DNA of 64,000 nt from Pseudomonadota bacterium (lineage in GTDB: Bacteria > Pseudomonadota > Gammaproteobacteria > Burkholderiales > JABEVD01): assembly GCA_021848825.1 (NCBI GenBank), contig JAJZTQ010000014.1, forward strand, positions 36 through 64,035, in the 5' to 3' direction. Shown here piece after piece: positions 18,700-29,503 of this stretch (positions within the stretch are counted from its first letter, which is position 1; every line of letters begins with the position of its first letter). Under the pieces are notes generated by a model. It made no database searches and had not been told where the DNA came from. It saw only the letters and a list, made by a program, of their open reading frames with translations. The position numbers and the translations under genes are program-made.

Positions 18700-19571
18700 C
18701 GCAATTCCTCCTCGAGGAGCGAGATCAGATACTGGCCATAGCCGTTCTTTGAAAGCGGAGCTGCAAGCTGCTCCAGTTTATCGGCCGTGATGTAGCCCAT
18801 CCTGTAGGCAATTTCTTCAGGGCAACAAATCTTGAGCCCCTGCCTCTTTTCGAGTGTCTGGATGAAAAGCGAGGCTTCGAGAAGAGATTCGTGCGTACCT
18901 GTATCCAGCCAAGCCAGCCCTCTTCCCATCTGCTGGACTTCGAGCAGGCCCTTTTCGAGGTAGCGCCGGTTGACGTCCGTGATCTCGAGTTCCCCCCTTG
19001 CCGAAGGGCTGATCGATTTGGCGATCTCAACGACTTCATTGTCGTAGAAATAGAGTCCGGTCACGGCATATCTCGATTTGGGGAATTTAGGCTTTTCCTC
19101 CAGGCTGATCGCGCGTCCGTTCCTGTCGAACTCGACCACGCCATAGCGCTCCGGATCATGAACCGGATAGGCGAATACGGTCGCCCCTCGTTCCTTTTTC
19201 GATGCCTTCGTGAGGTCGGCCGCGAACTCGTGCCCGTGGAAAATGTTGTCGCCGAGTATCAATGAACAGGCGTCATTTCCGATGAATCTTTCGCCTATCA
19301 GGAATGCCTGTGCTAGCCCGTCAGGGGAAGGCTGGACGGCATAGGAGAGGCTGATTCCCCATTCGTCGCCGGTTCCCAGAAGCTGCTCGAAACGGGGAGT
19401 GTCATGAGGAGTGGAGACGATCAGGATTTCCCTTATGCCGGAAAGCATGAGGGTCGAAAGCGGATAGTAGATCATCGGCTTGTCATAGACCGGAAGAAGC
19501 TGCTTAGAGATCGCCTGCGTAACGGGATAGAGGCGGGTGCCCGAGCCTCCGGCCAGGATGATGCCTTTCAT
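18696..19571 (-). CDS. rmlA: Glucose-1-phosphate thymidylyltransferase
   Basis: It has [36 protein letters not shown] and YGVVEFD. The start at 19571 overlaps the rmlB stop. The track ORF extends to 19709. Confidence 0.95.
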   Translation of the reverse strand: MKGIILAGGSGTRLYPVTQAISKQLLPVYDKPMIYYPLSTLMLSGIREILIVSTPHDTPRFEQLLGTGDEWGISLSYAVQPSPDGLAQAFLIGERFIGNDACSLILGDNIFHGHEFAADLTKASKKERGATVFAYPVHDPERYGVVEFDRNGRAISLEEKPKFPKSRYAVTGLYFYDNEVVEIAKSISPSARGELEITDVNRRYLEKGLLEVQQMGRGLAWLDTGTHESLLEASLFIQTLEKRQGLKICCPEEIAYRMGYITADKLEQLAAPLSKNGYGQYLISLLEEELR

Positions 19572-20629
19572 GCGCTTCCTTTTTCGTAATGTGTTTCTAT
19601 CCAGTTGCGGTATTCCCCGCTCGTGACATGATTGACCCATGCCTCGTTTTCCAGATACCACTCGACCGTTTTTCTGATGCCCGATTCGAATGTCTCCCGA
19701 GGCATCCATCCAAGTTCCTTCGCTATCTTCGAAGCGTCTATTGCATAGCGGAAATCGTGGCCAGGCCTGTCCTTGACGAAGCTGATGAGCGAAGCGTGAG
19801 GCGCCCCTTCAGGCAGGAGTTCGTCGAGAATCGTGCAGATGGTATGGACAACTTCCAGGTTGGTCTTCTCGTTTCTTCCCCCGATGTTGTAGTTTTCGCC
19901 GATTTTTCCTTTTTCGAGGACGAGCCTCAAAGCCCGCGCATGATCTTCCACGTAGAGCCAGTCCCTGATGTTTTCGCCGTTGCCGTAAACGGGCAAAGGC
20001 TTGCGATTCGTGGCGTTCAGGATCATCAGGGGAATCAGCTTTTCGGGGAAATGGTAGGGGCCGTAATTGTTCGAGCAGTTCGTCGTCAGAACAGGCAGAC
20101 CATAGGTATGGTGCCATGCCCTGACGAGATGGTCGGACGAAGCCTTGCTCGCGGAATAGGGTGAGTTCGGGCTGTAAGGGGTTTCCTCGGTGAAAAGCCC
20201 TTCCTTCCCCAGGGTCCCGTAGACTTCGTCGGTAGAGATGTGATGAAAGCGGAACCTGCTTTTCCTTTCTTCCGGAAGCGAACCATAGTAGCTTCTGGAC
20301 GCTTCGAGAAGGGCATAGGTGCCGACTATATTCGTCTGGATGAATTCGGCGGGGCCCGAGATGGAGCGGTCGACATGCGATTCCGCCGCGAGATGCATCA
20401 CGCAGTCGGGCTGGCGCGTCTCGAATACCCTGGCGAGTTCGAGGGCGTCGCAGATATCGACATGCTCGAAAAAATATCTCGGGTCTCCTGATATGCTCTT
20501 CAAGGATTCCAGGTTTCCCGAATAGGTCAGCTTGTCGACATTGACGACGCTGTGAGGCGTTTCATCGATGAACTGCCGCACGACCGCCGATCCGATGAAG
20601 CCGGCTCCCCCCGTGACCAAAATTTTCAT
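19568..20629 (-). CDS. rmlB: dTDP-glucose 4,6-dehydratase
   Basis: The 353-aa product has [32 protein letters not shown] and [12 protein letters not shown]. Confidence 0.95.
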   Translation of the reverse strand: MKILVTGGAGFIGSAVVRQFIDETPHSVVNVDKLTYSGNLESLKSISGDPRYFFEHVDICDALELARVFETRQPDCVMHLAAESHVDRSISGPAEFIQTNIVGTYALLEASRSYYGSLPEERKSRFRFHHISTDEVYGTLGKEGLFTEETPYSPNSPYSASKASSDHLVRAWHHTYGLPVLTTNCSNNYGPYHFPEKLIPLMILNATNRKPLPVYGNGENIRDWLYVEDHARALRLVLEKGKIGENYNIGGRNEKTNLEVVHTICTILDELLPEGAPHASLISFVKDRPGHDFRYAIDASKIAKELGWMPRETFESGIRKTVEWYLENEAWVNHVTSGEYRNWIETHYEKGSA

Positions 20630-20871
20630 GGCTTCAGTCCAATATTGGAAATCTATTGTAATGCACAGCTAGTTTAAGGCCCCGAAATTGTACCGCGCAA
20701 GGTTTGCAATAGTATTAAACCATTTCTTTGCGTCCATTTCCCCTCCCCGGCCCGCTGAAAATACTTAATAAACTACATTAAGTTCCAATCATAGTCCTCT
20801 ATTTCAAATCATCAAAACAGTGAATAACATTATAAGTCTTTGTGCGCAATAAGGAAAGTTTGGGCATTTGC

Positions 20872-20900
20872 TTGACCGTGTTTATTTTTTTCTCTATAGT
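20872..20900 (+). promoter_or_regulatory. Sigma70-type promoter of the dcw operon (Pmra): TTGACC - 17 nt - TATAGT
   Basis: The -35 TTGACC is at 20872-20877 and the -10 TATAGT is at 20895-20900. The spacer is exactly 17 nt, and the promoter lies 53 nt upstream of the mraZ ATG. Confidence 0.65.
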
Positions 20901-20938
20901 GGGGCTATGTGGTGAAAAGTGGGAAAAAGTGGGAATTT
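20899..20938 (+). promoter_or_regulatory. MraZ operator: four direct GTGG(G/T) repeats with exact 10-nt period
   Basis: The repeats are gtggggctat / gtggtgaaaa / gtgggaaaaa / gtgggaattt. They begin inside the -10 box and end 15 nt before mraZ. In E. coli, MraZ binds TGGGN direct repeats spaced one helical turn apart at the same location. Confidence 0.7.
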
Positions 20939-20952
20939 TCTTCGGGATTTGA

Positions 20953-21390
20953 ATGTTTCACGGCTCCGCTCAACTCAATCTGGACAGCAAGGGGCGACTT
21001 GCCATTCCTGCGAAATACAGGGATGGGTTGATGGCTTCCTGCGATGGTCATCTGGTCGTCACGGCCGACCCTGACCGCTGCCTGCTCGTCTATCCGAGGC
21101 AGGAGTGGGATCCCATACAGAAGAAGCTGATGGGCCTTTCCAGCTTCAATCCCAAGACCAGGGCGCTTCAAAGGCTCCTCGTCGGCTATGCGGAAGATGT
21201 CGAGATGGATGGCGCGGGGCGCATCCTGCTGCCTTCGACGCTGCGCGATTACGCGGGGCTTGAGAAGAAGGTCATGCTCGCCGGGCAGGGGAACAGGCTG
21301 GAACTGTGGGAGGAAGGAAGGTGGCTTGATCTTTCCGTCGGCTCGCTCGAGGAAGGGATGCCATCGGAGCTGGAGGGATTCTCCTTGTGA
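20953..21390 (+). CDS. mraZ: Transcriptional regulator MraZ
   Basis: The 145-aa product has [23 protein letters not shown] and a second SpoVT/AbrB-like repeat ([15 protein letters not shown]). Confidence 0.95.
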   Translation: MFHGSAQLNLDSKGRLAIPAKYRDGLMASCDGHLVVTADPDRCLLVYPRQEWDPIQKKLMGLSSFNPKTRALQRLLVGYAEDVEMDGAGRILLPSTLRDYAGLEKKVMLAGQGNRLELWEEGRWLDLSVGSLEEGMPSELEGFSL

Positions 21391-22316
21391 GCCTGCATCA
21401 GACCGTCCTCCTGGAAGAGGCGGTTGATGCGCTGAATGTCAGGGAAGATGGCATCTATGTCGACTGCACGTTCGGGCGGGGAGGGCATTCCAGGCGGATC
21501 CTGTCCGGGCTAGGAAAAGGCGGAAGGCTAATCGCGCTGGACCGGGATCCGGATGCGGTGGCTGAGGGAAGGAAGGTCGAAAGCGAAAAGCTGGTCATGG
21601 TCCACAGCGCTTTCGGCAATCTCGAGAAAGTGCTGTCGGAAATGGGTATAACCGGGGTCGACGGCATATTGCTCGATCTGGGGGTTTCTTCGCCGCAGCT
21701 CGACGAGGCTGAAAGGGGATTCAGCTTCAGGCTCGAAGGGCCTCTCGACATGAGGATGGATCCGGGTCGGGGCCCAAGCGCGGAAGAGTGGTTGCGGACT
21801 GCATCGGAAAGAGAACTGACGGAGGTGATAAGGGATTATGGCGAAGAACGGTTTGCTAAACAGGTTGCAGCAGCGATTGTTGAGGCTAGATCGATTGGGC
21901 GCATCGCCACTACAAAACAACTTGCCGAGATCGTGGCAAAAGCCGTGCGCAAGAGTGAGCCCGGTCAGAATCCGGCGACCCGCACTTTCCAGGCTATACG
22001 GATTTTCATCAATCAGGAGCTCGAGGAGTTGTCGCTCGTCCTGCCGCAGTGCCTGAGTATGTTGAACCCCGGGGGGAGGCTTGCGGTGATCAGCTTCCAT
22101 TCCCTCGAAGACAGGATAGTGAAGCAGTTCATGAAAAAGGGGGCTGAAAGGGATCTTCTTCCGAAGAGGCTGCCTGTCAGGGATTCGCAACTGGGGCAGC
22201 CGGAATTGCGCCTTCTCGGTCGGGTCAGGCCTTCGAGAGCGGAAGTGGAAGCGAACCCGAGAGCGAGAAGCGCGGTGATGAGGGTGGCGGAAAAAACGGG
22301 GGCGGGAATGAGGTGA
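21387..22316 (+). CDS. rsmH: 16S rRNA (cytosine1402-N4)-methyltransferase
   Basis: The 309-aa product has a GTG start overlapping the mraZ stop. Motifs are [30 protein letters not shown] and NPRARSA. Confidence 0.95.
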   Translation: MSLHQTVLLEEAVDALNVREDGIYVDCTFGRGGHSRRILSGLGKGGRLIALDRDPDAVAEGRKVESEKLVMVHSAFGNLEKVLSEMGITGVDGILLDLGVSSPQLDEAERGFSFRLEGPLDMRMDPGRGPSAEEWLRTASERELTEVIRDYGEERFAKQVAAAIVEARSIGRIATTKQLAEIVAKAVRKSEPGQNPATRTFQAIRIFINQELEELSLVLPQCLSMLNPGGRLAVISFHSLEDRIVKQFMKKGAERDLLPKRLPVRDSQLGQPELRLLGRVRPSRAEVEANPRARSAVMRVAEKTGAGMR

Positions 22317-22320
22317 GGAA

Positions 22321-22593
22321 ATGAAGTTCAATCTCGTGCTTTTCTTGATTCTGGTCATTTGCGCGCTCGGCGTGGTTACCTCCCAGCACAAGGCGAGGAA
22401 ACTGTTTGTCGAGCTTCAGAAGGAAAAGGGCGAGGCAAGGAGGCTGGATGTGGAGTGGGGGCAATTGCAGCTCGAGCAGAGCACCTGGGCCACGCCATCG
22501 AGGATAGAGAGAATTGCCAGCTCCGATCTTCACATGAAAGTACCGGGTCCTGACAAGGTTAGGACCGTTTATCTGGAGCATGCGGGAAAATGA
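22321..22593 (+). CDS. ftsL: Cell division protein FtsL
   Basis: The 90-aa product has a single N-terminal TM segment followed by a coiled coil (EWGQLQLEQSTW). It occupies the canonical position between rsmH and ftsI. Confidence 0.85.
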   Translation: MKFNLVLFLILVICALGVVTSQHKARKLFVELQKEKGEARRLDVEWGQLQLEQSTWATPSRIERIASSDLHMKVPGPDKVRTVYLEHAGK

Positions 22594-24311
22594 GCTACAG
22601 GCCCAGGGCGCTGATCGTGCAGCTCCCGACATGGCGCTCCCATCTGCTTCTTGTTTTGATTATGTTGAGTTTTGCGGGAATGCTGGCGAGGGCTATCTAT
22701 CTTCAGGGGATTCGAAACGACTTTCTCAGGCAGAAAGGCGAATCCAGATACAGCAGGGTGATCGAGCTTTCGGCACACCGCGGAAAAATCGTCGACCGAA
22801 ATAACCAGCCGCTCGCCATCAGCACCCCTGTCGAATCCGTATGGGCGAGCCCCGCAGACGTCGAAATCGATCAGGAACAGACGAAGACGCTCGCCAGGAT
22901 ACTCGACCTGCCCGGGAAGGAAATCAGGAAGAGGCTGGGAGAGGAAGGGAAGGACTTCGTCTATCTGGAGCGTCAGCTACCGCCGGATGTCGCCGCAAAA
23001 GTCGTGGAACTCAAGATTCCCGGCATTTTCCTGCAGCGGGAATATCGCCGCTATTACCCTTCGGGTGATGTCATGGCCCATGTTCTGGGTTTCACCAATT
23101 CCGACGACAAGGGGCAGGAAGGAATCGAGCTCGCCTACCAGAATGTGCTTGCCGGGATACCGGGGAGCAGGAAGGTGATCAAGGATCGCCTGGGCAGGAT
23201 AATCGAGGACGTGGAAAGCATCAGGACGCCAAAACCCGGGCAGGATATCGTCCTCAGCATTGACAGCAAGATCCAGTATCTCGCCTACAGGGAAATCAAG
23301 AATGCAGTCGAGGCGAACAAGGCGAAAGCGGGCGAAGTGGTGGTGCTCGACTGCAGGACCGGGGAAGTGCTCGCCATGGCCGGTGTTCCGACATTCAACC
23401 CCAACAACAGGGAAGACCTGAAGGCGGGCCTGATCAGGAACAGGGCCGTGACGGACAACTACGAGCCTGGCTCGACGCTCAAGCCTTTCACCATTGCCGC
23501 AGGCATCGAAACAGGAAAATATACCCCGGATACGGTGATACAGACTGCGCCGGGCACTTTCACCATAGGGCGCGCGACCATACACGATGCCGAGAAATCG
23601 GGTGCGCTCACGGTTTCCCAGGTAATCCAGAAATCGAGCAATGTCGGCGCATCCAAGATCGCCCTTTCCCTGCCACCCAAAACGATGTGGGAGATGCTGC
23701 ACGATTCGGGTTTCGGCACGCCTCCCGATTCCGGTTTTCCCGGAGAGGCTTCGGGAAGACTGAGGCCGTACGAGAGCTGGCGCCCGATAGAACAGGCGAC
23801 GATGTCATTCGGAAACGGCATATCGGTGAGCCTCCTTCAGCTCGCAAGAGGCTATACCATCTTTGCCGACCATGGCGTGCTGATGCCGGTCACCTTCCTG
23901 AAAAGGGACGCCATCCCGCAGGGCCGAAGAGTGATTTCGGCTAAGACCGCGGACGAATTGAAGAGAATGCTGCAGATGGTGGTCACGCCTGACGGCACAG
24001 CGCCCCTTGCGCAGATAATCGGATACAACGTTGCCGGAAAGACCGGCACTGCGCACAAGGTGGAAGGAAATGGCTATTCCGCACACCGTTATGTCGCGTC
24101 CTTCGTAGGCTTTGCGCCCGCAACCAATCCCCGTCTCATCGTCGCAGTGGCAGTCGACGAACCTTCAAACGGCAAATACTACGGCGGGGAGGTTGCGGCC
24201 CCGGTCTTCAGCAGGGTCATGGGCGGGTCACTGCAGATGCTCGATGTGCCGTCTGACGCACCGCCCAACAATGTCGTGATGCCCGGAAAAACGGTCAAGG
24301 AGGCCATGTGA
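22590..24311 (+). CDS. ftsI: Peptidoglycan D,D-transpeptidase FtsI (PBP3)
   Basis: The 573-aa product has STLKP (SxxK), SSN and KTGT motifs, plus an N-terminal TM anchor. Confidence 0.95.
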   Translation: MSYRPRALIVQLPTWRSHLLLVLIMLSFAGMLARAIYLQGIRNDFLRQKGESRYSRVIELSAHRGKIVDRNNQPLAISTPVESVWASPADVEIDQEQTKTLARILDLPGKEIRKRLGEEGKDFVYLERQLPPDVAAKVVELKIPGIFLQREYRRYYPSGDVMAHVLGFTNSDDKGQEGIELAYQNVLAGIPGSRKVIKDRLGRIIEDVESIRTPKPGQDIVLSIDSKIQYLAYREIKNAVEANKAKAGEVVVLDCRTGEVLAMAGVPTFNPNNREDLKAGLIRNRAVTDNYEPGSTLKPFTIAAGIETGKYTPDTVIQTAPGTFTIGRATIHDAEKSGALTVSQVIQKSSNVGASKIALSLPPKTMWEMLHDSGFGTPPDSGFPGEASGRLRPYESWRPIEQATMSFGNGISVSLLQLARGYTIFADHGVLMPVTFLKRDAIPQGRRVISAKTADELKRMLQMVVTPDGTAPLAQIIGYNVAGKTGTAHKVEGNGYSAHRYVASFVGFAPATNPRLIVAVAVDEPSNGKYYGGEVAAPVFSRVMGGSLQMLDVPSDAPPNNVVMPGKTVKEAM

Positions 24312-25744
24312 ATTCCGCCATCGAAGCTTTGGGCATCACGCGGCTTGTCACGGACAGCAGGAAAATCCTTCCTGGAGACACTTTCGTCGCCTACCCGGGC
24401 GAGACCATGGACGGGCGGAATTTCATAGAGGAGGCATTGAAGTTCGGCGCTTCTTCCGTGATATGGGATGCGGAAGATTTTTCATGGAATCCCTCGTGGC
24501 AGGTTCCCAATCTTCCGGTCGAGCATCTCAGAATGAAAGCTGGGGAAATCGCAGATCAGGCCTACGGTCATCCTTCCGAGAAACTCTGGGTCATCGGGGT
24601 GACAGGCACGAACGGAAAGACTTCGAGCACGCACTGGATAGCCCAGGCATTGACAACGCTCGGCAAGAAAACGGCGATCGTCGGCACTTTGGGCAACGGC
24701 TTTCCAGGATCGCTTTCCCCATCCCTCAATACCACGCCTGATGCCGTGACGCTTCACGGCATCATGAAGGAATATCTCGAGGAAGGCGCGCAATGCGTCG
24801 CAATGGAGGTCTCTTCTCACGCCCTCGTCCAAGGGCGGGTCAACGGCATTCATTTCGATGTTGCGCTGCTCACCAATCTGACCCGGGATCATCTCGATTA
24901 TCACGGCGACATGGCTTCCTATGCCGCGGCAAAGGCAAGCCTGTTCGATTTCGATGAACTGAAATATGCGGTTCTCAATATCGACGATGCCCTTGGCATG
25001 GAAATCCTGGAGAAGCCCTTGAAGGCGGAAAAAGTCGCCTACGGTTTTTCAGATTCCTGGAAAGGGAAAAAGGTCGGAGGAAAACGCCTGAAAGTGAATC
25101 AGGGAATGCTCGAGATCGATGTCGAATCTTCGTGGGGAAGCGGCACCCTGGCTTCTTCAGCCATCGGGCGTTTCAATGCATCGAACCTGCTCGGTGCGCT
25201 TTCCGTTCTTCTCGCAAGCGGGTGCGAGTTCCATGCCTCGCTCGACGCCCTTTCCGGAATCGAACCGGTTCCGGGAAGGATGCAGCAGCTTGGCGGGGGA
25301 AATTCGCCGCTGGTCGTGATCGATTATGCCCATACGCCGGATGCCCTCGAAAACGTCCTCGATACGCTCCGGGAAATCACGGAAGGCCGGCTGTTCTGCG
25401 TTTTCGGATGCGGCGGAGATCGGGATGCGGGCAAAAGGCCGATGATGGGAAGCGTCGCATCCATCCATGCCGACATCGTCTTCGTGACCTCAGATAACCC
25501 GAGAAGCGAGGATCCGGCAGCCATCGTCCATCAGATAACCGAGGGAATCGAAGGGGATTATTGCGTGATTCTCGACAGAGGCGAGGCGATCAGGCGGGCG
25601 ATTGCGGACGCGGGAAAAGGGGATGTCGTGCTTCTTGCAGGAAAGGGGCATGAGGCATACCAGGAAATAAAGGGCAAAAGATTCCCTTTCAGCGACATGA
25701 GTTGCGCAATGGAGGGGCTTGTGGCTTGGGGGGCAAGATGCTGA
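24308..25744 (+). CDS. murE: UDP-N-acetylmuramoyl-L-alanyl-D-glutamate--2,6-diaminopimelate ligase
   Basis: The 478-aa product has a GTG start overlapping the ftsI stop. Motifs are GVTGTNGKTS, EVSSHAL, and a DNPR motif (TSDNPRSEDP). Confidence 0.95.
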   Translation: MNSAIEALGITRLVTDSRKILPGDTFVAYPGETMDGRNFIEEALKFGASSVIWDAEDFSWNPSWQVPNLPVEHLRMKAGEIADQAYGHPSEKLWVIGVTGTNGKTSSTHWIAQALTTLGKKTAIVGTLGNGFPGSLSPSLNTTPDAVTLHGIMKEYLEEGAQCVAMEVSSHALVQGRVNGIHFDVALLTNLTRDHLDYHGDMASYAAAKASLFDFDELKYAVLNIDDALGMEILEKPLKAEKVAYGFSDSWKGKKVGGKRLKVNQGMLEIDVESSWGSGTLASSAIGRFNASNLLGALSVLLASGCEFHASLDALSGIEPVPGRMQQLGGGNSPLVVIDYAHTPDALENVLDTLREITEGRLFCVFGCGGDRDAGKRPMMGSVASIHADIVFVTSDNPRSEDPAAIVHQITEGIEGDYCVILDRGEAIRRAIADAGKGDVVLLAGKGHEAYQEIKGKRFPFSDMSCAMEGLVAWGARC

Positions 25745-27081
25745 GCCTGGAAGAAATAAGGATCGCTCTCGAAGCTGAAAGAATAGGCGGCGATGTCGAA
25801 TTCACCTCGGTTTCTACAGACAGCAGGAAGATAGAAAAGGGCAGTCTTTTCGTCGCATTGAAAGGCGAGCATTTCGACGGGGCGGATTTCGTGGAGACGG
25901 CAGCCAAAGCGGGCGCCGCAGCCGCCATCGTCGAGAGGAGAATCGATTCTCCCATTCCCCTTCTCCTCGTCGCGGATACGAAGACCGCATTGGGAAGGCT
26001 CGCTGCCTTGTGGCGAGAAAGGTTCGAAATCCCTCTCGTCGCAGTGACGGGAAGCAATGGCAAGACGACGGTCAAGGAAATGCTTTCTTCCATACTGCGT
26101 GAGCGCGGGGAAGTGCTTGCAACGAAGGGCAATCTCAACAACGACATAGGTCTCCCCCTCACCCTTCTCGGTCTCAGGAAAAATCATGCCTATGCGGTCA
26201 TCGAAATGGGCATGAATCATCCGGGCGAAATAGCCTATCTCTGCAGCATCGCGAAGCCGTCGATTGCGCTCGTCAACAATGCGGCCAGCGCCCATCTCGA
26301 AGGGCTGGGCTCGGTTGCGGCCGTTGCGCGCGCCAAAGGGGAGATCTTCGAGAAGCTGGGAAAGAAAGGGGTCGCAGTCATCAATGCAGATGATGCCTAT
26401 GCGCCTCTCTGGCGGGATCTCGCCCAAGAGGCCAGGATCGTGGAATTCGGTCTCGAAAAAAATGCTTCATTCACCGCAGATTATTCCCTGAGTGAATTGG
26501 GGAGCGAAATCGTCATGCATACCCCTCAGGGAAAGATAGAACTCCGACTCCATGTTCCCGGGCTTCACAACGTCAGAAACGCGCTCGCCGCGACGGCTGC
26601 CGCAATTTCGGCAGGAATGGATGGGGAGGCCGTGAGGAATGGGCTGGAGAAATTCAAGGGCGTCGCCGGAAGAATGCAGCGGAAGAAGGGTAAAAATGGC
26701 TCCGTCCTGATTGACGACACCTACAATGCCAACCCCGATTCAGTCCGCGCAGCGATTTCATGGCTTGCGAAAGCGAAGGGAAAGACCTTGCTGATTCTTG
26801 GCGACATGGGGGAACTCGGGGCGGATTCATCCAGGCTCCATGAGGAAACAGGGAATTTCGCGAAGGAATCGAAGATAGGGATGCTCCTGACATTGGGAAA
26901 GGCAAGCCATGCCATCTCGACGGCTTTCGGAGAAAACGCATGGCATTTCGAGGACGCCGATCTGCTCGCATCAAGAGCGGCGAATCTCCTCACCCCGGGC
27001 ATGACCGTACTCGTCAAAGGCTCCCGCTTCATGAAGATGGAGCGCGTCGTGGAAAAACTCGAGGAGAAATCATGCTGCTGA
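25738..27081 (+). CDS. murF: UDP-N-acetylmuramoyl-tripeptide--D-alanyl-D-alanine ligase
   Basis: It has [26 protein letters not shown] and [10 protein letters not shown]. The start at MLSLEE (25738) overlaps the murE stop. The track ORF starts at 25702. Confidence 0.93.
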   Translation: MLSLEEIRIALEAERIGGDVEFTSVSTDSRKIEKGSLFVALKGEHFDGADFVETAAKAGAAAAIVERRIDSPIPLLLVADTKTALGRLAALWRERFEIPLVAVTGSNGKTTVKEMLSSILRERGEVLATKGNLNNDIGLPLTLLGLRKNHAYAVIEMGMNHPGEIAYLCSIAKPSIALVNNAASAHLEGLGSVAAVARAKGEIFEKLGKKGVAVINADDAYAPLWRDLAQEARIVEFGLEKNASFTADYSLSELGSEIVMHTPQGKIELRLHVPGLHNVRNALAATAAAISAGMDGEAVRNGLEKFKGVAGRMQRKKGKNGSVLIDDTYNANPDSVRAAISWLAKAKGKTLLILGDMGELGADSSRLHEETGNFAKESKIGMLLTLGKASHAISTAFGENAWHFEDADLLASRAANLLTPGMTVLVKGSRFMKMERVVEKLEEKSCC

Positions 27082-28157
27082 TTCTCGCCCAGTCGCTCTC
27101 CCGCGACATTCATGCATTCAACGCTTTCAATTACATTACGCTGAGAACGGTGCTCGCCTCGATGACATCGCTCCTGATCTCCTTCCTCATCGGTCCTGCC
27201 ATGATCAGGAAGCTCACGGCCTACAAGATAGGGCAAGCTGTCAGAACGGACGGCCCCCAGACCCATCTCGTCAAGGCAGGAACGCCGACCATGGGCGGTT
27301 CGCTGATCCTGATCGCCATCGCGATATCCACGCTGCTCTGGGGGGATCTCGCCAACCGGTATGTCTGGCTCGTTCTGATCACGACCCTCGGATACGGCGT
27401 GGTCGGCTGGGTGGATGACTACAGGAAGGTCGTGGAGCGCAATCCGAAAGGGCTTTCGGCAAAGGCCAAGATGTTCTGGCAGTCTGCGATCGCGATAAGC
27501 GTCGGCTTCTATCTCGCGAAAACGGCGACCCTTCCCGCAGAAACGGAATTCATCGTGCCTTTCTTCAAGCATCTGGTGTTCCATTTAGGCACGGCAGGGT
27601 TCGTCCTCATGACCTATTTCGTCATCGTCGGGACGAGCAATGCAGTCAATCTGACTGACGGCCTCGACGGGCTTGCGATCATGCCTACCGTGCTCGTAGC
27701 AGGCGCATTCTCGATTTTCGCCTATGTCGCAGGGCATGCCGTCTTCTCGAAATACCTCGGTGTGCCCCATATCCCCGGCGCCGGCGAGCTTTCGGTATTC
27801 TGCGGGGCGCTGACCGGCGCGGGCCTCGCCTTCCTCTGGTTCAATGCCTATCCCGCGGAAGTATTCATGGGGGATGTCGGCGCGCTCGCGCTCGGCGGCG
27901 CCCTGGGCCTCATCGCGGTCGTCGTCAGGCAGGAAATCGTGCTCCTGATGATGGGCGGCGTTTTCGTGGTCGAGACGCTTTCCGTGATGATACAGGTCGC
28001 GTCCTACAAGCTGACGGGCAAGCGTGTTTTCCGAATGGCCCCGCTTCACCACCACTTCGAACTGAAGGGATGGAAGGAAACCCAGGTCGTGGTGAGATTC
28101 TGGATCATCACCATGATGCTCGTCCTTTTCGGTCTTTCCACTTTGAAGCTGAGGTGA
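27072..28157 (+). CDS. mraY: Phospho-N-acetylmuramoyl-pentapeptide transferase
   Basis: It has MLLILAQ..., [20 protein letters not shown] and [12 protein letters not shown]. The start at 27072 overlaps the murF end. Confidence 0.95.
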   Translation: MLLILAQSLSRDIHAFNAFNYITLRTVLASMTSLLISFLIGPAMIRKLTAYKIGQAVRTDGPQTHLVKAGTPTMGGSLILIAIAISTLLWGDLANRYVWLVLITTLGYGVVGWVDDYRKVVERNPKGLSAKAKMFWQSAIAISVGFYLAKTATLPAETEFIVPFFKHLVFHLGTAGFVLMTYFVIVGTSNAVNLTDGLDGLAIMPTVLVAGAFSIFAYVAGHAVFSKYLGVPHIPGAGELSVFCGALTGAGLAFLWFNAYPAEVFMGDVGALALGGALGLIAVVVRQEIVLLMMGGVFVVETLSVMIQVASYKLTGKRVFRMAPLHHHFELKGWKETQVVVRFWIITMMLVLFGLSTLKLR

Positions 28158-28159
28158 AA

Positions 28160-29503
28160 ATGGACCTGAAAGGGAAAAAGGTGCTGGTTCTTGGTCTCGG
28201 GGATACAGGGGTCTCGGCGGTCAAATGGCTGAAATCGAAAGGGGCTGAAGTCCATGCCGCCGACAGCAGGGAAAATCCGCCGAGACTGGCCGATCTTCAG
28301 GGCATTCCGGTCGAGACGGGCCCTTTCAGGATGGCTATCGCCGAAGACAAGGAGCTTCTCTTGATCAGTCCCGGATTGTCTCTTGAAGAGCCCGTGGTGA
28401 GAAAGGCGAGGCAGGCGGGAATACCCGTGATGGGGGATATCGAGATCTTTGCCCGCGAAATCGCCGGGAAAAACCTGTCCGTGATCGCGATAACAGGCTC
28501 GAACGGGAAGAGCACGGTCACTTCCATGGCAGGCGAGATCTGCAGGAAGGCGGGGCTTTCCACAGTCGTCGCAGGAAACATCGGTCTGCCCGTCCTGGAT
28601 ACGCTCGAAGCCCTTCCTTCGGTATATGTCCTCGAGCTTTCCAGCTTCCAGCTGGAGACAGTCGAAAGCCTGAATGCAAAGGCGGCAACCGTGCTCAATC
28701 TGAGCGAAGACCATCTCGACCGTTATCCCTCGATGGCCGAATACGCCAATGCCAAGGCAGCGATTTTCAAGGGGGAAGGGATGCAGATCCTCAACAGGGA
28801 TGATCCCGGGACCATGGCGATGCGGATAGCGGGCAGGAAGCTTGTCACTTTCGGTATTTCTTCTCCGAAGGATGAAAGCGAATATGGGCTCGCGAGAGAA
28901 GGAAATGAAACCTGGCTATCAAGGGGGGTGAGGCGGCTCATGAAAGCGTCAGACCTTCAGGTCGCAGGACGCCACAACGCGCTCAATGCGCTTGCAGCGC
29001 TCGCCCTCTGTTCCGCTCTGGACATTCCCGAAGAAATCATGACAGCCGCGCTCAGGGAATTCAGGGGGCTTCCACACCGGGTCGAGAAAATAGGGGAACT
29101 GGACGGAGTCTCCTTCTACGACGATTCGAAGGGAACGAATGTCGGCGCAACGGTTGCTGGATTGAAGGGAATGGCGGGAAAGACGGTGATCATTCTCGGC
29201 GGGGACGGAAAGGGCCAGGACTTCTCGCCGCTCAAGGATGCCGTGGAAAAGCATGCAAGGGCGGTCGTCCTGATAGGCAGGGATGCGCCGATCATCGAGC
29301 GGGCTTTGGGGAAGGAAAGGCCGATTCTCCATGCGGAAAACATGGATGAGGCAGTAGAAAAGGCATTCGAAGCTGCAGAAAAGGGGGATTCGGTTCTGCT
29401 ATCCCCGGCATGCGCAAGCTTCGACATGTACAGGAATTACGTCCACAGGGCGGAAGTCTTCAGGGACGCATTCGGAAAGATCGGGCCATGCAGGCGCAAT
29501 TGA
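28160..29503 (+). CDS. murD: UDP-N-acetylmuramoylalanine--D-glutamate ligase
   Basis: It has [26 protein letters not shown] and [10 protein letters not shown]. The start at 28160 lies just after the mraY stop. Confidence 0.95.
   Translation: MDLKGKKVLVLGLGDTGVSAVKWLKSKGAEVHAADSRENPPRLADLQGIPVETGPFRMAIAEDKELLLISPGLSLEEPVVRKARQAGIPVMGDIEIFAREIAGKNLSVIAITGSNGKSTVTSMAGEICRKAGLSTVVAGNIGLPVLDTLEALPSVYVLELSSFQLETVESLNAKAATVLNLSEDHLDRYPSMAEYANAKAAIFKGEGMQILNRDDPGTMAMRIAGRKLVTFGISSPKDESEYGLAREGNETWLSRGVRRLMKASDLQVAGRHNALNALAALALCSALDIPEEIMTAALREFRGLPHRVEKIGELDGVSFYDDSKGTNVGATVAGLKGMAGKTVIILGGDGKGQDFSPLKDAVEKHARAVVLIGRDAPIIERALGKERPILHAENMDEAVEKAFEAAEKGDSVLLSPACASFDMYRNYVHRAEVFRDAFGKIGPCRRN

Noticed and set aside
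20630-20870. JUMPstart/ops (GGCGGTAG) antitermination element upstream of rmlB on the minus strand
   Set aside because: I looked for CTACCGCC on the plus strand of the 320-bp AT-rich leader and did not find it. No RfaH-type element can be claimed.
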